NCBI RefSeq assembly: GCF_009914755.1
Contig: NC_060928.1
Length of the DNA: 64,000 bases
Origin: the human T2T-CHM13v2.0 reference genome, Homo sapiens
Direction: 5' to 3' (one strand)
Shown: in pieces, positions 13,536 to 29,602 of the stretch
Layout of the letters: every line of letters starts with the position of its first letter
How positions within the stretch are numbered: the stretch's first letter is position 1
Translations under genes and position numbers: made by a program
Notes under the pieces: generated by a model
Databases searched by the model: none
What the model was told of the DNA's origin: nothing
Seen by the model: the letters and a program-made list of their open reading frames with translations, nothing else

Positions 13536-14448
13536 TGATTGCCCCCAGCCCCGCATGGGATTGCAGAGGCCAGGGCCTATGGTGGGCACCTCTGGGATGC
13601 TTTGAGATTGGGGCTCCAGTAGCAACTGCCTTCCTCCATTCTCCAGAGGAGAAAGTGCAGCTGGAATCCCGTGTAGATGTTCAGTGTCGCCTACAAAGGC
13701 CATGATGGTCATAAGTAGAAGGAAGAGTGACCTGTTCCAGGCCGGAGGCTCAGGGAGAGCCATGGAACCGACCCCACGCCCCTTCGGCTGGAGGAAACCT
13801 GCCCAGTTCAGGCTCCTCCGTGGGCTTTGTCAAGTCCTCCGAGACCCAACATGGCTGGAGACAAAGAATTCCCTCCAAGCTAGAGCCTGTACAAAGAGGG
13901 TAACTTAAAGCAGTATTGTGAGAAAAGTGGAGGTGTGTAAGATCTTATAAAGAGGAAAAGGAAAGGACTTAATAATTCAGTATTATCTTCTGATATAATC
14001 AGGTATTTTTATGGGGCAGTCTGTGCTGTTAACCATAAGGAACATCAACTGATTTTATAGATATTTGAAGAGTCGATGTAAAACAACCATTAACCATCAC
14101 TTTCTTTTATTAACAAAAATAAAATAAAGTCTTAAGTATGTACAGCCTATTATATTCAGCTTTCCTAGGTATACTTGCCTCTTTTGACTCCAGCCCACCC
14201 CACCTAGCTACACAGAGCTTACAGACAGGTCTTGGAGGATCTACCCTATCCCTATTCTGGCTTGGGCCAGAAAAAGACACTAACAAAGAGTGAAGAGGAG
14301 GAAGAGGAAGATGGTTATAGAGACAGTGATGAATGGTAGTGGTAAGGGGGTGATGGTGGTGATGGTGTAATGGAAGTTAGTAAGATAAATCAATTACAAT
14401 AATTGGATACTTTAATCTTTTAAAACAATATCCTATAGATAGTTTTAA

Positions 14449-14970
<522 letters not shown>

Positions 14971-15438
14971 CAGAAAAGCAACTTCTAACTTATCGACACG
15001 TTTACTATACCCTTATTGTTAAAAACACTCTCCTAACAATCTTGTCATTTCTGCTCCTTATTCTGACCCCCCTGATATTAAGTCACTAAGACCCAAAGCA
15101 ATTAAATTCAAAAGGGAAAGGGATAAACAAAGCTAGGAGAATCTAAGAATTTTGCCTTTGTTGCTTTACACCTTTGATAAAAGAGCTCCTACAGCATTTG
15201 TTCATTCATCATTCATTACTCATTCATTCAACAAGCATTTACTCCTAGCACTCTGTACTAGGCCCAAGTGAAAAATGGGAAACTAGCGATTCCCATCCTT
15301 CCCTCAAGGATCTTACGCTCCAGAAAATACAATAAAGAAAATATTCCAACTTGGAAGAGTAGCCAGAGCTGGGAGGATTCTACACCCTCAAGAAATATAA
15401 GAAAGAAAGATGAAGCTGCTTTTGAAATAAGACTTCCC

Positions 15439-15719
<281 letters not shown>

Positions 15720-15869
15720 CTTCCCGAATGCCCTGTGGCAATCTTTGTAAGATCTCCCTTATAAAAACCACAGGACTGTATAACAACTAAGAAGCTAGAA
15801 GGCTGTTTCTCCAAATGGGCCCATGAACTAATGGTACTGTACCAAGAACAACTGTTAAAAAAGACAGGT

Positions 15870-15985
15870 TGTATAGTCCTACCACAGGCATATTGAATGA
15901 GAATTTCTGCAGGGGTGGAAGGTAGGGATCAGAGAATTTGCTTTATTAATATGTCCCCCTAGGGATTCTGATGCACACAGAATCA
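15870..15985. mobile_element. MER5-family (hAT-Charlie) fragment
   Basis: TTGAATGAGAATTTCTG...GGGATTCTGATGCACAC. Confidence 0.55.
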
Positions 15986-16214
15986 CTAAGCAAAATGTAA
16001 GAAAAGGTATTAAAAAATTGTGATTAGAAGGGGCTTTTTATGACCAAGGTATGAAAATTAAGATGCCAAGAAACAGCTAAATGGGGATTGCTTTTAAACA
16101 GCAGAACGTGTGAGAAATTCTTTGGACTGGGAGCCAAGAGATGTGGTTCCAGTACTGACAAGCTAAATGATCTTGGCCAATTCATGTATTCCCCTCTAGT
16201 ACTCAGATGTGTTT

Positions 16215-16605
<391 letters not shown>

Positions 16606-17083
16606 AGATTATTTTTAGAGCAGTTTTCAGTTCCCAGCAAAACTAGGAGGGAGGTATAGAGATTCCCATATGCCCACTGCCCTACACGTGCATAGGCTCC
16701 TACATTAACAAAGTCCCCCATCATGATGTATATTTGATACAATTAATGAACTTACATTCCCACAGCATAATCACCCAGGGTCTGTATTTTACCTAGGGTT
16801 CACTCTTGTGAAACTTGTTCATGAGTTTGGACAAACTAATAATGTCATTCATCCACCATTATCATTCAGAGTAATTTCCTCACCCTAAAAATCCTCTGTG
16901 CTCTGCTTATCCATCCCTCTCCCTCTCTCAACCCCTGGCTACCACTGATCTTTTTACTGTCTTCACAGTTTTTTGCCTTTTTCAGAATACCATATAGTTG
17001 GACTCATTCAGTATGTTGACTTTTCAGATTGACTTCTTTCACCGAGTAATATGCATCATCTAAGGTTCCTCCATGCCTTTTGA

Positions 17084-17256
<173 letters not shown>

Positions 17257-18644
17257 CCTTGATAACTCGTTTCTTATTAGTGCTGAATAATGTTCCATTT
17301 ATGGATGTACTACAGTTTATTTATCCATTCCCTATCAAAGCATATCTTGGTTCCTTCCATGTTTGGGCAATAAATAAAGCTGCTACAAACATCTGTGTGC
17401 AGGTTTTTGTGTGAACATAAGTATTCAACTTTTTTAGGTAATCCCAAGGAACATGATTGCTGAATGGTATTATGAGAGCATGTTTAGTTTTATAAGAAAC
17501 TGCCAAACTATCTTCCAAAGAGGCTGTACCATTTTGCATTCCCATCAGCAAGGAATGAGAGTTCCTGTTGCTCCATATTCTCACGGACCTTTGGTGTTGT
17601 CAGTGTTCTGGATTTTGGCCATTCTAATAGGTGTGTAGTGCTACCTCACTGTTGCTTTAATTTGCAATTCCCTGACGACACATGGTGTGGATCATCTTTT
17701 TATAAGCTTATTTGCCATCTGTATATCTTCTTTGGTGAGGTGTCTGTTAAAGTCTTTAGTCAATGGTTTAACAGCATTGTTTGTTTTCTTGTTGTTAAGT
17801 TTTAATATACTTTGTATATTTTGGGCAACAGTCCTTTATCAGATAATATTTTTTGCAAATGTTTTCCCCCAGTATGTAGCTTGTCTTCTCATTCTCTTGG
17901 TATTGTGTTTCACAATGAAGTTTTTCACAGAGGTTTTTCATTTTAATACAGTCCAGCTTATGAATTATTTATTTCATGCATCTTACTTTTAGTGTTATAT
18001 TGTATCAAAAAGTAATTGCCATGCACAAGGTCATCTAGGTTTTCTCCTATTTTATCTTCTTCTAGGAGTTTTATAATTTTGTACTTTACATTTAGACCTA
18101 TGATCCATTTTGTATTAATTTTTGTGAAGGGTTTTAGGTGTGTGCTTGGATTCAGTTTTTTAAATGTGAATGTCCTGTTGTTCCAACATCATTTGTGAAA
18201 AAGACTATCTTTTAAATCTACTATTTATCAAGTAGAGGAAGTCACTCTCTATTCCCCGTTTACTGAGAATTTTCATCATGAATCGGTGTTGGATTTTGTC
18301 ATATGCTTTTTCTGCTGCTAAGATGATTATGTGCTTTCTATTTTTCAACCTGTTGATGTGATGGATTATAGTGATTGATTTTCCAGTGTTGGGCCAGCCT
18401 TGCATTCCTGGGACGAATCCCACTTGGTTGTGATGTATAGTTCTTTTTATACATTATTGGATTTGATATGCTAATATTTTGTGGGGATTTTTGCATCTAT
18501 GTTCGTGAGAGATATTGATCTGTAATTTTCTTTCTGTGTCATGTCTTTCTCAGTGTTAGGGTGATTCTGGCCTCATAGAATCAATTAGAAAGTATTCCCT
18601 CTACTTCTATTTTCTGAAAGATATTGTGAAGAATTGGTATAATG

Positions 18645-18800
18645 TCTTTCTTTTTTTTTTTCTTTTTTTCTTTCTTTTTTAATTTTATTATTATTATACT
18701 TTAAGTTTTAGGGTACATGTGCACAACGTGCAGGTTTGTTACATATGTATACATGTGCCATGTTGGTGTGCTGCACCCATTAACTCGTCGTTTAGCATTA
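18645..18800 (-). mobile_element. Young primate L1PA (about PA3-5) extreme 3' fragment inside the older L1
   Basis: TTATTATACTTTAAGTTTTAGGGTACATGTGCACAACGTGCAGGTTTGTTACATATG...CCCATTAACTCGTC with T-rich tail. Confidence 0.93.
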
Positions 18801-20451
18801 AGTTCTTAAATGTTTGGTAGAATTCACCAGTTAACCCATCTGGGCCTGGTGCTTTCTATTCTATTATTAATTATTAATTCAATCTTTTTAATAGATATAG
18901 GCCTATTCAGATTGGCAATTTCTTCTTATGTGAGTTTTGGCAGTTTGTTCCTTTCAAGGAATTGGTACATTTCATCTAGATTATCAAATCATGTGCATAG
19001 AGTTGTTCATATATTTCTTTATTATCCTTTAAGTGTCCCCTCTTTCATTTCTGATACTAGCAATTTGTGTCCTTTCTCTTTTTTTCTCAGTTAGCCTGGC
19101 TAGAGGTTTACTGATTTTATTCATCTTTTCAAAAATCAGCAACTGGTTTTGTTGATTTTTCTCTGTTGATTTAAATTTCATTGATTTCTGGTCTAATTCT
19201 TGTTTGTTTGTTTTTTTTTCTGCTTACTTCAAGTTTAATTTTCTCTCCTTTTTCTGGTTTCTGAAAGTGGAAACGTAGATGATTGATTTTAGATCTTTCT
19301 TATTTTCTAATATATGCATTCAATGTTACACATTTCCCTCTAAGCATTGCTTTTGCTGTATCCCACAAATTTTGATAAGTTGTGTTTTTATTTTCATTTA
19401 GTTCAAAATATTTTACAATTTCTCTTGAGATTTAACTCATATTCTTTAGAAGTGTGTTGATTAATCTTCATATATTTTGGGATTTTTCAGCTATCTTTCT
19501 AATTTCTAGTTTAATTTCATTGTGGTCTGTGAGCAGATATTACGTGATTTCTATTCTCTATTGATTTGTTAAGGTGTGTTTTACAGCCCAGAATGTGGTT
19601 TATCGTGGTGAATGTTCCATGTGAACTTGAGAAGAATGTGCATTCTGCTACTGTTTGATGAGATAGATACATGCCAATTATATTCAATTGATTGATGGTG
19701 TTGCTGAGTTAAACTATATCGATCTGTCCATTTCCGATAGAGGGATATTGAAGTCTCCAATTATGGTAGTGGAGTCAGCAATACCTCCTTGTCACTCTCT
19801 GTTTTTGCTTCAGGTAGCTTGACACTCTGTTACATATACATTAAAGATTATTGTATCTTCCTGGAGAATTGGCCTCTTTATCATTGCCCTTCTTTATCCC
19901 TGATAACTTTTCTTACTTTGAAGTGTGCTCTGTCTGAAATGAGCATAGCTATTTATGCTCTTTTGATTAGTGGTAACATGATATATTTTTCTCCATCCAT
20001 TTATTTTTAACTGATTTGTCTTTATATTTAAAGTGGGTTTTTTGTAGACAATATATTGTTGGGTCTTGTTTTTTGATTGACTCTGACCATCTCTGTCCTT
20101 TAATTGGTTTATTTAGATGGTTGACATTCAAAGTGATTATTGATATAGTTGGGTTAATATGTTCCATATTTGTTACTGTTTTCTATTTGTTGCCCTTAGT
20201 TTTTTTTTTCCTATTTTTGCCTTCCAATCTTTTCTGCCTTTTTTTCATTTAAGTTGAACATTTTATATGATTCCATTTTCTCTCCTTTTTTAGTGGTTCT
20301 TTTTACTTTTTCCTTTTTACCTTTTTATTTTTTACTTTTTTTAATGGTTGCCTAGAATTTGCAATATACATTTACAACTAATCCAAATCCATTTTCAAAT
20401 AGCACTATATCACTTCACAGGTGGTGTGAGTACCTTCTAATAAAAATAATT

Positions 20452-20487
20452 CTACAATTGATCTTAGCCAAAAGGCCGAGAAGCAAT
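20452..20487 (-). pseudogene. U2 snRNA 3'-truncated (tailless) retropseudogene, nt 1-36
   Basis: Minus strand ATTGCTTCTCGGCCTTTTGGCTAAGATCAATTGTAG vs U2 5' end ATCGCTTCTCGGCCTTTTGGCTAAGATCAAGTGTAG (34/36); flanking 17-bp direct repeat TAATAAAAATAATTCTA. Confidence 0.92.
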
Positions 20488-20533
20488 AATAATAAAAATA
20501 ATTCTAATTTCTCCCTCCTGTACCCTGTATCAT

Positions 20534-20655
20534 CTTTTACTTTTTAAAATGTGGCTACTGGAAATTTTAAATTACATATGTGGCTTGCATTTGCCACTAG
20601 CTGTATATTTGGACAGGATACACAACATGATATGTATTGGACAGTGTTGGTCTAG
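20534..20655 (+). mobile_element. MER33, last part
   Basis: TTTTTAAAATGTGGCTACTGGAAATTTTAAATTACATATGTGGCTTGCATT...TATTGGACAG. Confidence 0.8.
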
Positions 20656-21399
20656 ATGAGCTCGAATTGAGCGTTGACATTCCGTGCAGCTTGCAGACAG
20701 ATTGAGTATTGACAGGAAGTGCCACTTGACTCAGTCTTAGAGAAAGGCTTTGGTCTGTGGCCAGAACCCAGGCAACTCCCAGCAGGAAGTCTCACCCACC
20801 CAGAGCAGGGGGAAGCTTCAGAGAGAAGAGGTGAACTCTGGAGAGCTAGGCCCTAGCACAACCTCAAACACTTTCTATAACAAATCTGGACAGTGTTTAG
20901 TCATTTAAAAAATCTTGAAGGTAGTTGTTTACCATCCCTGGAGCTTCTGTTAGATCGTCTTTGATCTCCTCTGGCCAGCATACACAAACTGATGGTTTTC
21001 TGGGCAATTTGACATTCCTGGAATGATACTTTTGAAGTGAGTTTTCTTTTTGCTGCAAAGACTTTATTTGGGGAACCATATTTGAGTGAGTGAAAATAGC
21101 AGTAAAAATGGTCAAATAGTAAAATAAATAGTAGTAAAAATAAATTTTATATTCCTCTCTTCCTCTTTTCCTCTATGAGTAAAAATAAATTTTTAAAAAT
21201 CTCAGCTGTCTCTGCTAATTGTACTAAATAGGCCTAAAACAAATAGAAAAGCTTCCTAGAAAGTTGTCATAAACTTCAAGTCCCCGTGATTTTACCTTTT
21301 ACTTTTGCTTTTTATTTATTGATACCTGTCAGGGCCCCTCCTACTTCATCCTGGCATTTCTCTTCTTTCCAGTCCCTGCTTATGACCTCTCTTCTTCTG

Positions 21400-22310
21400 C
21401 GACATCACTGGCTGCTGCTTCTCAGTCTTCTTTGCTGGTTCCTCCTTACTTCCCCATCATCCTGCCATTGGAGTGCCATAAGGCTCAGGACGTGGCTTCT
21501 CTTCTGTGTCACCACTCCCTAGGTGGCTTCCAGCAGTCTCAAGGCCTTCTCACACACCAGCATGTAAGTGACACCAGACTCTCATCCCCAGCTTGGACCT
21601 CTTCCACTAACCTCCATACTTATATCTCCAACTGCCTATTCCATACTATCACGTACATGGCTAATGAGCACCTCAAACTGAATAGTCCAAGCTCAACTCC
21701 TGGTCTTCCCCACTGATCTGCCCCTCCCAGAGTCCTGCCCCTGTCAGTGAATGGACACTGCATCCTCCCTGTTATCCAGGACAAAATCCTTGGAGTCGTC
21801 TTTGTCTTTTTTTCTCTCATATACCCTATATCCTCTCCATTAGCAAAGACTGTTGGCTGTTCCTCCAAATATATTGAGAATCTTACCACTTTCCACTGGC
21901 TTCACTGCCAGCACCCCGATGTGAGATGCCATCCCCTGTCCTCCGGAGGAAGCCGCCTCCCTGCGGGTCTCCTGCTTCCACCGCTTCCCGCTCAGAAGCT
22001 GCGCTCAACACAGCAGACACAGTGAGCCTTTTAAACTATAAATGAGATCAAGTCAGTCACCCCTCTGCTCATGCAGAGTAACACATTACAATGACCTAAA
22101 ATGCCCTACACGATCTGACCACTGGCCTTGCTCTTTCTTCCTTCACAAAACATAGATCAAAATTTGACGCAGTAAATATTTCCTTTATTGTCTGTTTCTT
22201 CCCACTAGAATATAAGGTTCTTAAAGACAGGGGCTTTGCCTGTTTTTCTCAGGCTGAATTCTCAGCAGCTACAACAGCGCAAGTAGTTTTGAATAAGTTA
22301 ATAAATGGGT
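21400..22310 (+). mobile_element. L2 (L2a-like)
   Basis: TATATCTCCAACTGCCTA...CACCTCAAACTGAA...CAAAATCCTTGGAGTC...CCCACTAGAATATAAG. Confidence 0.85.
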
Positions 22311-22499
22311 AGTAGGTGTTCCATTCAGTGAGTAAAAGATGACTGAATGATGAAATGAATTAGTGCATGCCTACGTGGGGCTTTATTTACCTCCTTGAGA
22401 ACCCAGAATGACACCTCTGTGCTTGTGCTAGTGTGGAGGGGGAGGGGGCATTTGTGGAAGTGTAGTGTGATTTTAATGCCCCCTCTTCTTTTCTCTCAT

Positions 22500-23280
22500 C
22501 TATGCATTTATTCATGCAGCTGCTATTCACAGGTGTGGGCTTACACTGTGCTATGTACAGGGCCCATACTCATGGTTTTCCATGAGCTCCTCGGAAGACA
22601 TGCAGACATATGACCTTAGAAGGGAGGCAGGTGCTGATGTCGAGGTGTTCCTGAGGAGCATGAAGTCTACATGAGGAAAGCATGAGAGGCCAGGAAACAC
22701 TTCTCCCAGGGGTGGCAACTGAGCTGAGCCTTGAAAGATAAAGCGAAATTCTTCATGTGAGCAAAGATAAAACAGTATTCCAGAAAACAGCATTCTGGGA
22801 AACAGGAACAGAGACTAGAGACAGCATGCCACTTTTGAGGAACTGCGAGTCAGCAGGCATGCCAAAAATCCACACCAAGCATCAGCGTTCAGAGACACCA
22901 AGTGGGGGAGGTGGGCAAGGGAATGTCATGAAGGGCTTGTTCACCATGCTAATACATTGCTCACATTCTCTGAACAATATGAAGGATTAAGCAGATTAAC
23001 ACGATGAGGCAAGAAAACAGTAATACAATACAGATCAGTGAGTGCAAAATTTGAGCTATGCACGGGATTCTATGGAAAGATGGAGGGCAGGCAGTGCCTA
23101 AGTCAACATTCTAGCGGGCTGGGGCAGGAAGGAAGAAGGAAGTGACAAAGCATTGCCTAGGAGGGGACACAAAGGAGAAGCCAAGCTAGGTAGGCAGGAA
23201 GGACAAGGGCTTTCCTGGGAGAGGAACAGGAGGTTTCACAGGCAGAGCATGGGAGAATGCTGGGCACAGCTGAATGCCCA
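22500..23280 (-). mobile_element. Degenerate L2 fragments
   Basis: CTGAGCTGAGCCTTGAAAGATA, CATTCTGGGAAACAGGAACAG, TTCCTGGGAGAGGAACAG motifs. Confidence 0.55.
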
Positions 23281-23719
23281 CCAACCCCATTTTCTCACCA
23301 CCCACATTAATATCCTTTCCTAAAACCTAAAAGGGCTGCCTAAATCCTTTTATTGTCCACAAATTCCATAATCCTACTTCTCCTTGATCTTCATTATAGA
23401 ACCAAAGAATCACAATGCTAAGGAGCTGGAGGGCATCTTTGAGTGCATCTCGTCCGTGGCGTTCCACCTTCCCACTTAAGTGTCCTGAGCAGTCGGGGAA
23501 AGAACATTAACCCATTTTTTTGAAATTGCTTATTATATTCTTTAAGTGCAAAATTTGCATTCTGAGTCAAAATGTCAGTATTTGTTTTAATATAAAAATA
23601 AGTGTTTCCTAAAAATCTTCTAGTAAGATTGATCCTCCCCAGGAAGTTGAATCCATCTTTACCCACAGCCACCCAACCTCTAACCACATCCCCAGGTCTG
23701 TAGGCACCCTTGGGAAATC

Positions 23720-23825
23720 TCTGATTTTCAGATGAGGACACACAGGCCAGCAGAGAGGGTAGGCCATCTGCCCGAGGTCACACAGCTGGTTAGATGCAGA
23801 GTGAAGCCCAGAACCAGCCCGGGAA
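23720..23825 (-). mobile_element. MIR fragment
   Basis: ATTTTCAGATGAGGACAC...CCCGAGGTCACACAGCTGGTTAG. Confidence 0.75.
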
Positions 23826-24539
23826 ATCTCCTCAGACCCTCCCCCAACAGGGTGCCCCCCGCCCGCCCCCCGCCTGCCCTTCCTTCCTGTTCCTGCATTT
23901 CACTGACTGCTCTTCCTTTGCCCCATCTGGGGCTCCTGGGCCCCCTTGAGGGTTCCAAGGACTCTGAGGCAGAGGGGATAGAGTGGAGGGGACGCCCCAT
24001 CAGGAGAGAAGGTCACAGAAGGCAGAGGCGCTGAGCAGCCCTGGCCCCACCCTCTCCTGCTGCAGCTTCTCATTCCTGCCTGGGAGGATGAGGCTCCAGC
24101 AGCATGAGATCAAAAGGTTTATGAGGCCTTTTCGGCTGTTCTTAATTAATTATACCTTTGCTTCCTGGAGGCACTTAGAACACATTTCTGAGAGTTTGGC
24201 TTAAAGCACAGAGGAGGAAACCCACAGTTCCAGTGCCTGTCCCAGAAGGCCTCCCACCATTCGTTTTCATCTGTGTTGAAGGTTTTGTGAGCACCTCCAG
24301 CAGGGCTCCTTGAGTGGACATGCCCGGACTTCACTCCCACAAAGGCGGAGAGTTGCTGTTTGGAAAAAGTCAGTCACTCTACAGTCCTCTGAGTCAGCCA
24401 AGTGCAGGAGAAAAAGCTAGGAAGCTTGTATTGTTTCTCTCCAAAACACAGCAAAGCTGACCTGGATCCACCCTTCATCTAAAACCTGTCAGTTATTCCC
24501 ATTGTTCCCCGGATAAGGAAATCCCCCTGCCATGGACCA

Positions 24540-25062
24540 TTAGGAGCTGAGTCAGCCCCAATCTTATCATTCCAGACTCCACCTGCACCCCTCTCCTTCC
24601 TCTGTCTACTCTAGCCACAGTGATGCCCTTTTCTCTCTTCCCCATGCCCCTCCCCCTGCCACAGGGCCTTTGCACCTGCCATATCCTCATCCTGGAAAGC
24701 TCTTTCCCCCACTTTTTGCCTAGTCTTACTCTTCTTCATCCCTCAGCTCTCAGCTCAAAATTTTCTTCCTCAGAGAAGCCTACCTGGACCTGGACCTCCC
24801 CAACAGTCAAACCTTTCCTTCTAGGTTCTCAGAGCACCAGACGTCTTTCTTCACACTTATCATAGTCACAAATTTACATTTGTGTGTTTGAGTACTTGAT
24901 TACTATTTATCCCTCCCACAGGCTGTATGATCCCCAAGGGCAGAGTCCACATAAGGATTTGCTCAATCTCATATCCTCATCACCTAACATACCTAGCACA
25001 TAATCAATGCTTTAAAATGTTTAAATAAAAAAAATTAAATAAAAAAACAAATGAATGAATAG
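24540..25062 (+). mobile_element. L2 3' portion
   Basis: CAGGGCCTTTGCACCTGC...CTCAGCTCAAAA...TCCTCAGAGAAGCC...CCTAGCACATA...ATGAATGAAT. Confidence 0.8.
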
Positions 25063-25379
25063 TACATTTAGTAAGTTCAAAGTATGAGTTACTGCATGAA
25101 TGAACATGCCTGGAATTTTTTATAAAGGTCTTCAGGACTCAGGATTTGATCCTTGAGCCTGCACATCTGTTGGCAGGCACTGACTGTAGGTGAGTAATAC
25201 TTAGCCACGTTACCTCTCATTACTCATAATTGAGTTATCCATGTCTCTTATATGCCTGTTGTGGGTTAGTTCTCTGTTATACACCCTCTTGGCTGCCCTC
25301 TTTCCCTCATTATCCTCCTCTGTTCCAGTCATCAGAAAATCCTGCCAACTCCACTCCAAGATATATCAAATTCCATCAG

Positions 25380-25505
25380 ATATACAAAAACTCAAAGAGT
25401 TTATCACCAACAAACTATGATAAAGAGAATTTTTAAAAATATTCTTTTGGAAGAAGGAAAATTATCTCAGAGGGAAAAACTAAGATGCAAGATGAAAAAT
25501 AAGCC
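25380..25505 (+). mobile_element. Ancient L1M ORF1-end fragment (host of the L1MA insertion; resumes near 27450)
   Basis: AACTCAAAGAGTTTATCACCAACAAAC...GAAGAAGGAAAATTATC. Confidence 0.55.
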
Positions 25506-27447
25506 AAAGCATCAAAAAGAATAAAATACTTAGAAATAAATTTAACCAAGAAGGCTAAAGACATGTACACTGAAAATGATAAAACACTGATGAAAGAAAT
25601 TGAAGACATGGTAAATGGAATAATATCCATGTTCATGGATTGAAAAAATTAATATTGTTAAATTAAATTGCCCATATTACCCAAATTGATCTATAGATTC
25701 AATTCAGTTCCTATTAAAATTCCAGTGACATTTTTCACAGAAATAGAAAAAACAATCCTAAAATTTGTACGGAATCACAGAAAACCCTACATAGTTAAAA
25801 TCTTGAGCAAGAAGAACAAAGCTGGAAGCATCACACTTCCTGATTCCAAATTATGTTACAAAGTTATAGTAATCAAAACAGTATGGTACTGGCATAAAAA
25901 CAGATACATAGACCAATGGAATAGAACAGAAAGCCCAGAAATAAACCCATCCATATACAGTCAACTAATCTTCAACAAAGGCACCAATAATGCACAATGG
26001 GTAAAGGATGGTCTCTTCAATAAGTGGTATTGGGAAAACCAACTTTCTACATAGCAAAAAAAACAAAAACAAAAACAAAAAAAAACCCATAGTTTGATCC
26101 TTATCTTACATCATACATACAAATAAAGTCCAAATTGACTAAGACTTAAACGTAAGATCTGAAACTGTAAAACTCCCAGGATGAAATATAGGGAAAAATG
26201 TTTATGGCATTTGTCTTGGCAATGATATTTTTGGATATGACCAAAAAAAGCATAGGCAACAAAAGCAAAAATAAATGAAGTTAACTACATCAAACTAAAA
26301 AGTTTTTGCACGACAAAGAAAACAATTGACAAATTGAAAACACAATCTATGGAATAGAAGAAAATATTTGTAAACCATGTATTAAAGAAGTTAATATACA
26401 AAATATATAAGGAAGCTATACAACTCAATAGTGAAAAGAAAAAAACCCCAAACACACAGACACACACACACACACACACAAATAACTGGGATAACAGTGA
26501 ACAAAGGATCTGAATTGACACTTTTCTAAAGAAGACATACAAATGGCCAACAGGTATATATAAAAAGAAGCTTAACATCACTAATCATCAGGGAAATGCA
26601 AATAAATACCACCATAAGATATCAGCTCACACCTGTTAGGATGTCTTTTAAAACATCAAAAGATAACAGCTGTTGTGACAATATGGAGAAACCCTTCCAC
26701 GCCATTGGTAATAATGTATATTGGTACAGCCATTACAGAAAACAGTATGTAGCTTCCTCAAAAAATTAAATATATAACTACCATATAGTTCAGCAGCTTT
26801 GCTTGGGATAGCTACACTCCCATGTCTATGGCAATATTACTCAAAATAGCCAAAATATGGGAAAAAAACCTATGTGTCTGTCACCAGCTAAATGGATAAA
26901 GAAGATGTGATTGATACACACACACAGAGGAGGAATGTTATTCAGCCTTAAAAAAGAAAAGAATCTTGCTATTTGTGACAACACGGATGAACCTGGAGGA
27001 CATAATGCTAAGCCAGACACAGAAAGATAAATGTCGTATAATCTCACATATATTTGGTATCTAAAAAAGTCAACATCACAGAAACAAAGAGTAGAAGGAT
27101 GGTTACCAGGGGCCGCAGGGTGGGGGAAATGGGGAGATGTGACCAAAAGGATAAACCTGCAGTTGCAAGAAAGCTCGAAAAAGTCCTGGAGCCCTAATGT
27201 ACTGTATGGTGACCATAGTTAAAAAGGATGTATTATATACTTGAAATTTGCTAAGACTCATCTTAAGTATTCCCCACACACACATACACAAAGGCAACTA
27301 TGTGAGGTGAGGAAAATGTTAATTAGCTTGATTGTGGTAATCATTTCACAATTTATACATATATCAAAACATCACATTGCATACCTTAAATATATACAAT
27401 TTGTATTTGTCAATTATACCTTAATAAAGCTGAGGAGTAAAAAATAA
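25506..27447 (+). mobile_element. L1MA-like element, 5'-truncated, about 1.9 kb
   Basis: ORF 25668-26054 [18 protein letters not shown]...[23 protein letters not shown] is L1 ORF2p; 3' end CAATTATACCTTAATAAAGCTG. Confidence 0.92.
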
Positions 27448-27449
27448 GA

Positions 27450-28895
<1,446 letters not shown>

Positions 28896-29268
28896 GTCTC
28901 ATCGAAGCTTTCCTTCATTTTTCCAATTACACAGTTCATTGATTTACATATTCATTCAATAAATGTTTAATCTGGCATTGTGGAAGTCATATGGTTGGAG
29001 GCTGTAGTAGTCGCTAATAGCTCCAAAATGGAAATCCTGAGCTAACCTAGTCCATTTTCCAATTGTTGATTTACAAGAGCTGTCCAGGGCAGCTCATAGA
29101 TTCTCTTGCAATGGAGACATCACAGGCTATACATTTCCCATTGCCAATAGTCAAAGGCATTGACAATAGTCTCATGCTCAAAGGGACAACAGATATAGGA
29201 ATTCTTCAACCCAAAATGTGATACACAGCATTCCTGGATATTTTCTTATCTACTTGACTTTCCACCTC

Positions 29269-29273
<5 letters not shown>

Positions 29274-29304
<31 letters not shown>
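29274..29304. repeat. (CT)n microsatellite
   Basis: Pure TC run abutting the 3' end of the 7SL copy. Confidence 0.95.
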
Positions 29305-29305
<1 letters not shown>

Positions 29306-29307
<2 letters not shown>

Positions 29308-29602
29308 GAGGAATCTTACTATATTGCCCAGGCAGAAGTGTAGTAGCTATTCATAGCCGCAATCCCACCACTCATCACCACAGGAGTTTTCACCTGCTCT
29401 GTTTCTTACCTTAACTGGTTCACCCCTCCTTAGGCAACATGCTGGTGCCCTGCTCCCAGGAAGTCACCATGTTTGATGCTTGACTCAATGTGGACACTTG
29501 ATCTGCATAACGCACTACAGCCCAGACCTCCTGGACTCCCGCGATTTTCCTGCCTCAGCCTCATGAGTAGCTGGGACTACAGGGGCCACCACCATGCCTG
29601 GC
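29306..29602 (-). pseudogene. Full-length 7SL (SRP RNA) retropseudogene, RN7SL-family
   Basis: Antisense 7SL including the S domain absent from Alu (GGTTCACCCCTCCTTAGGCAAC, GGAGTTTTCACCTGCTCTGTTTC, GTCACCATGTTTGATGC), flanked by Alu-domain ends; heavy CpG decay. Confidence 0.93.

Noticed and set aside
25668-26054. 128-aa ORF with clear protein homology
   Set aside because: It is a decayed LINE-1 ORF2p fragment in a truncated L1MA, not a host gene
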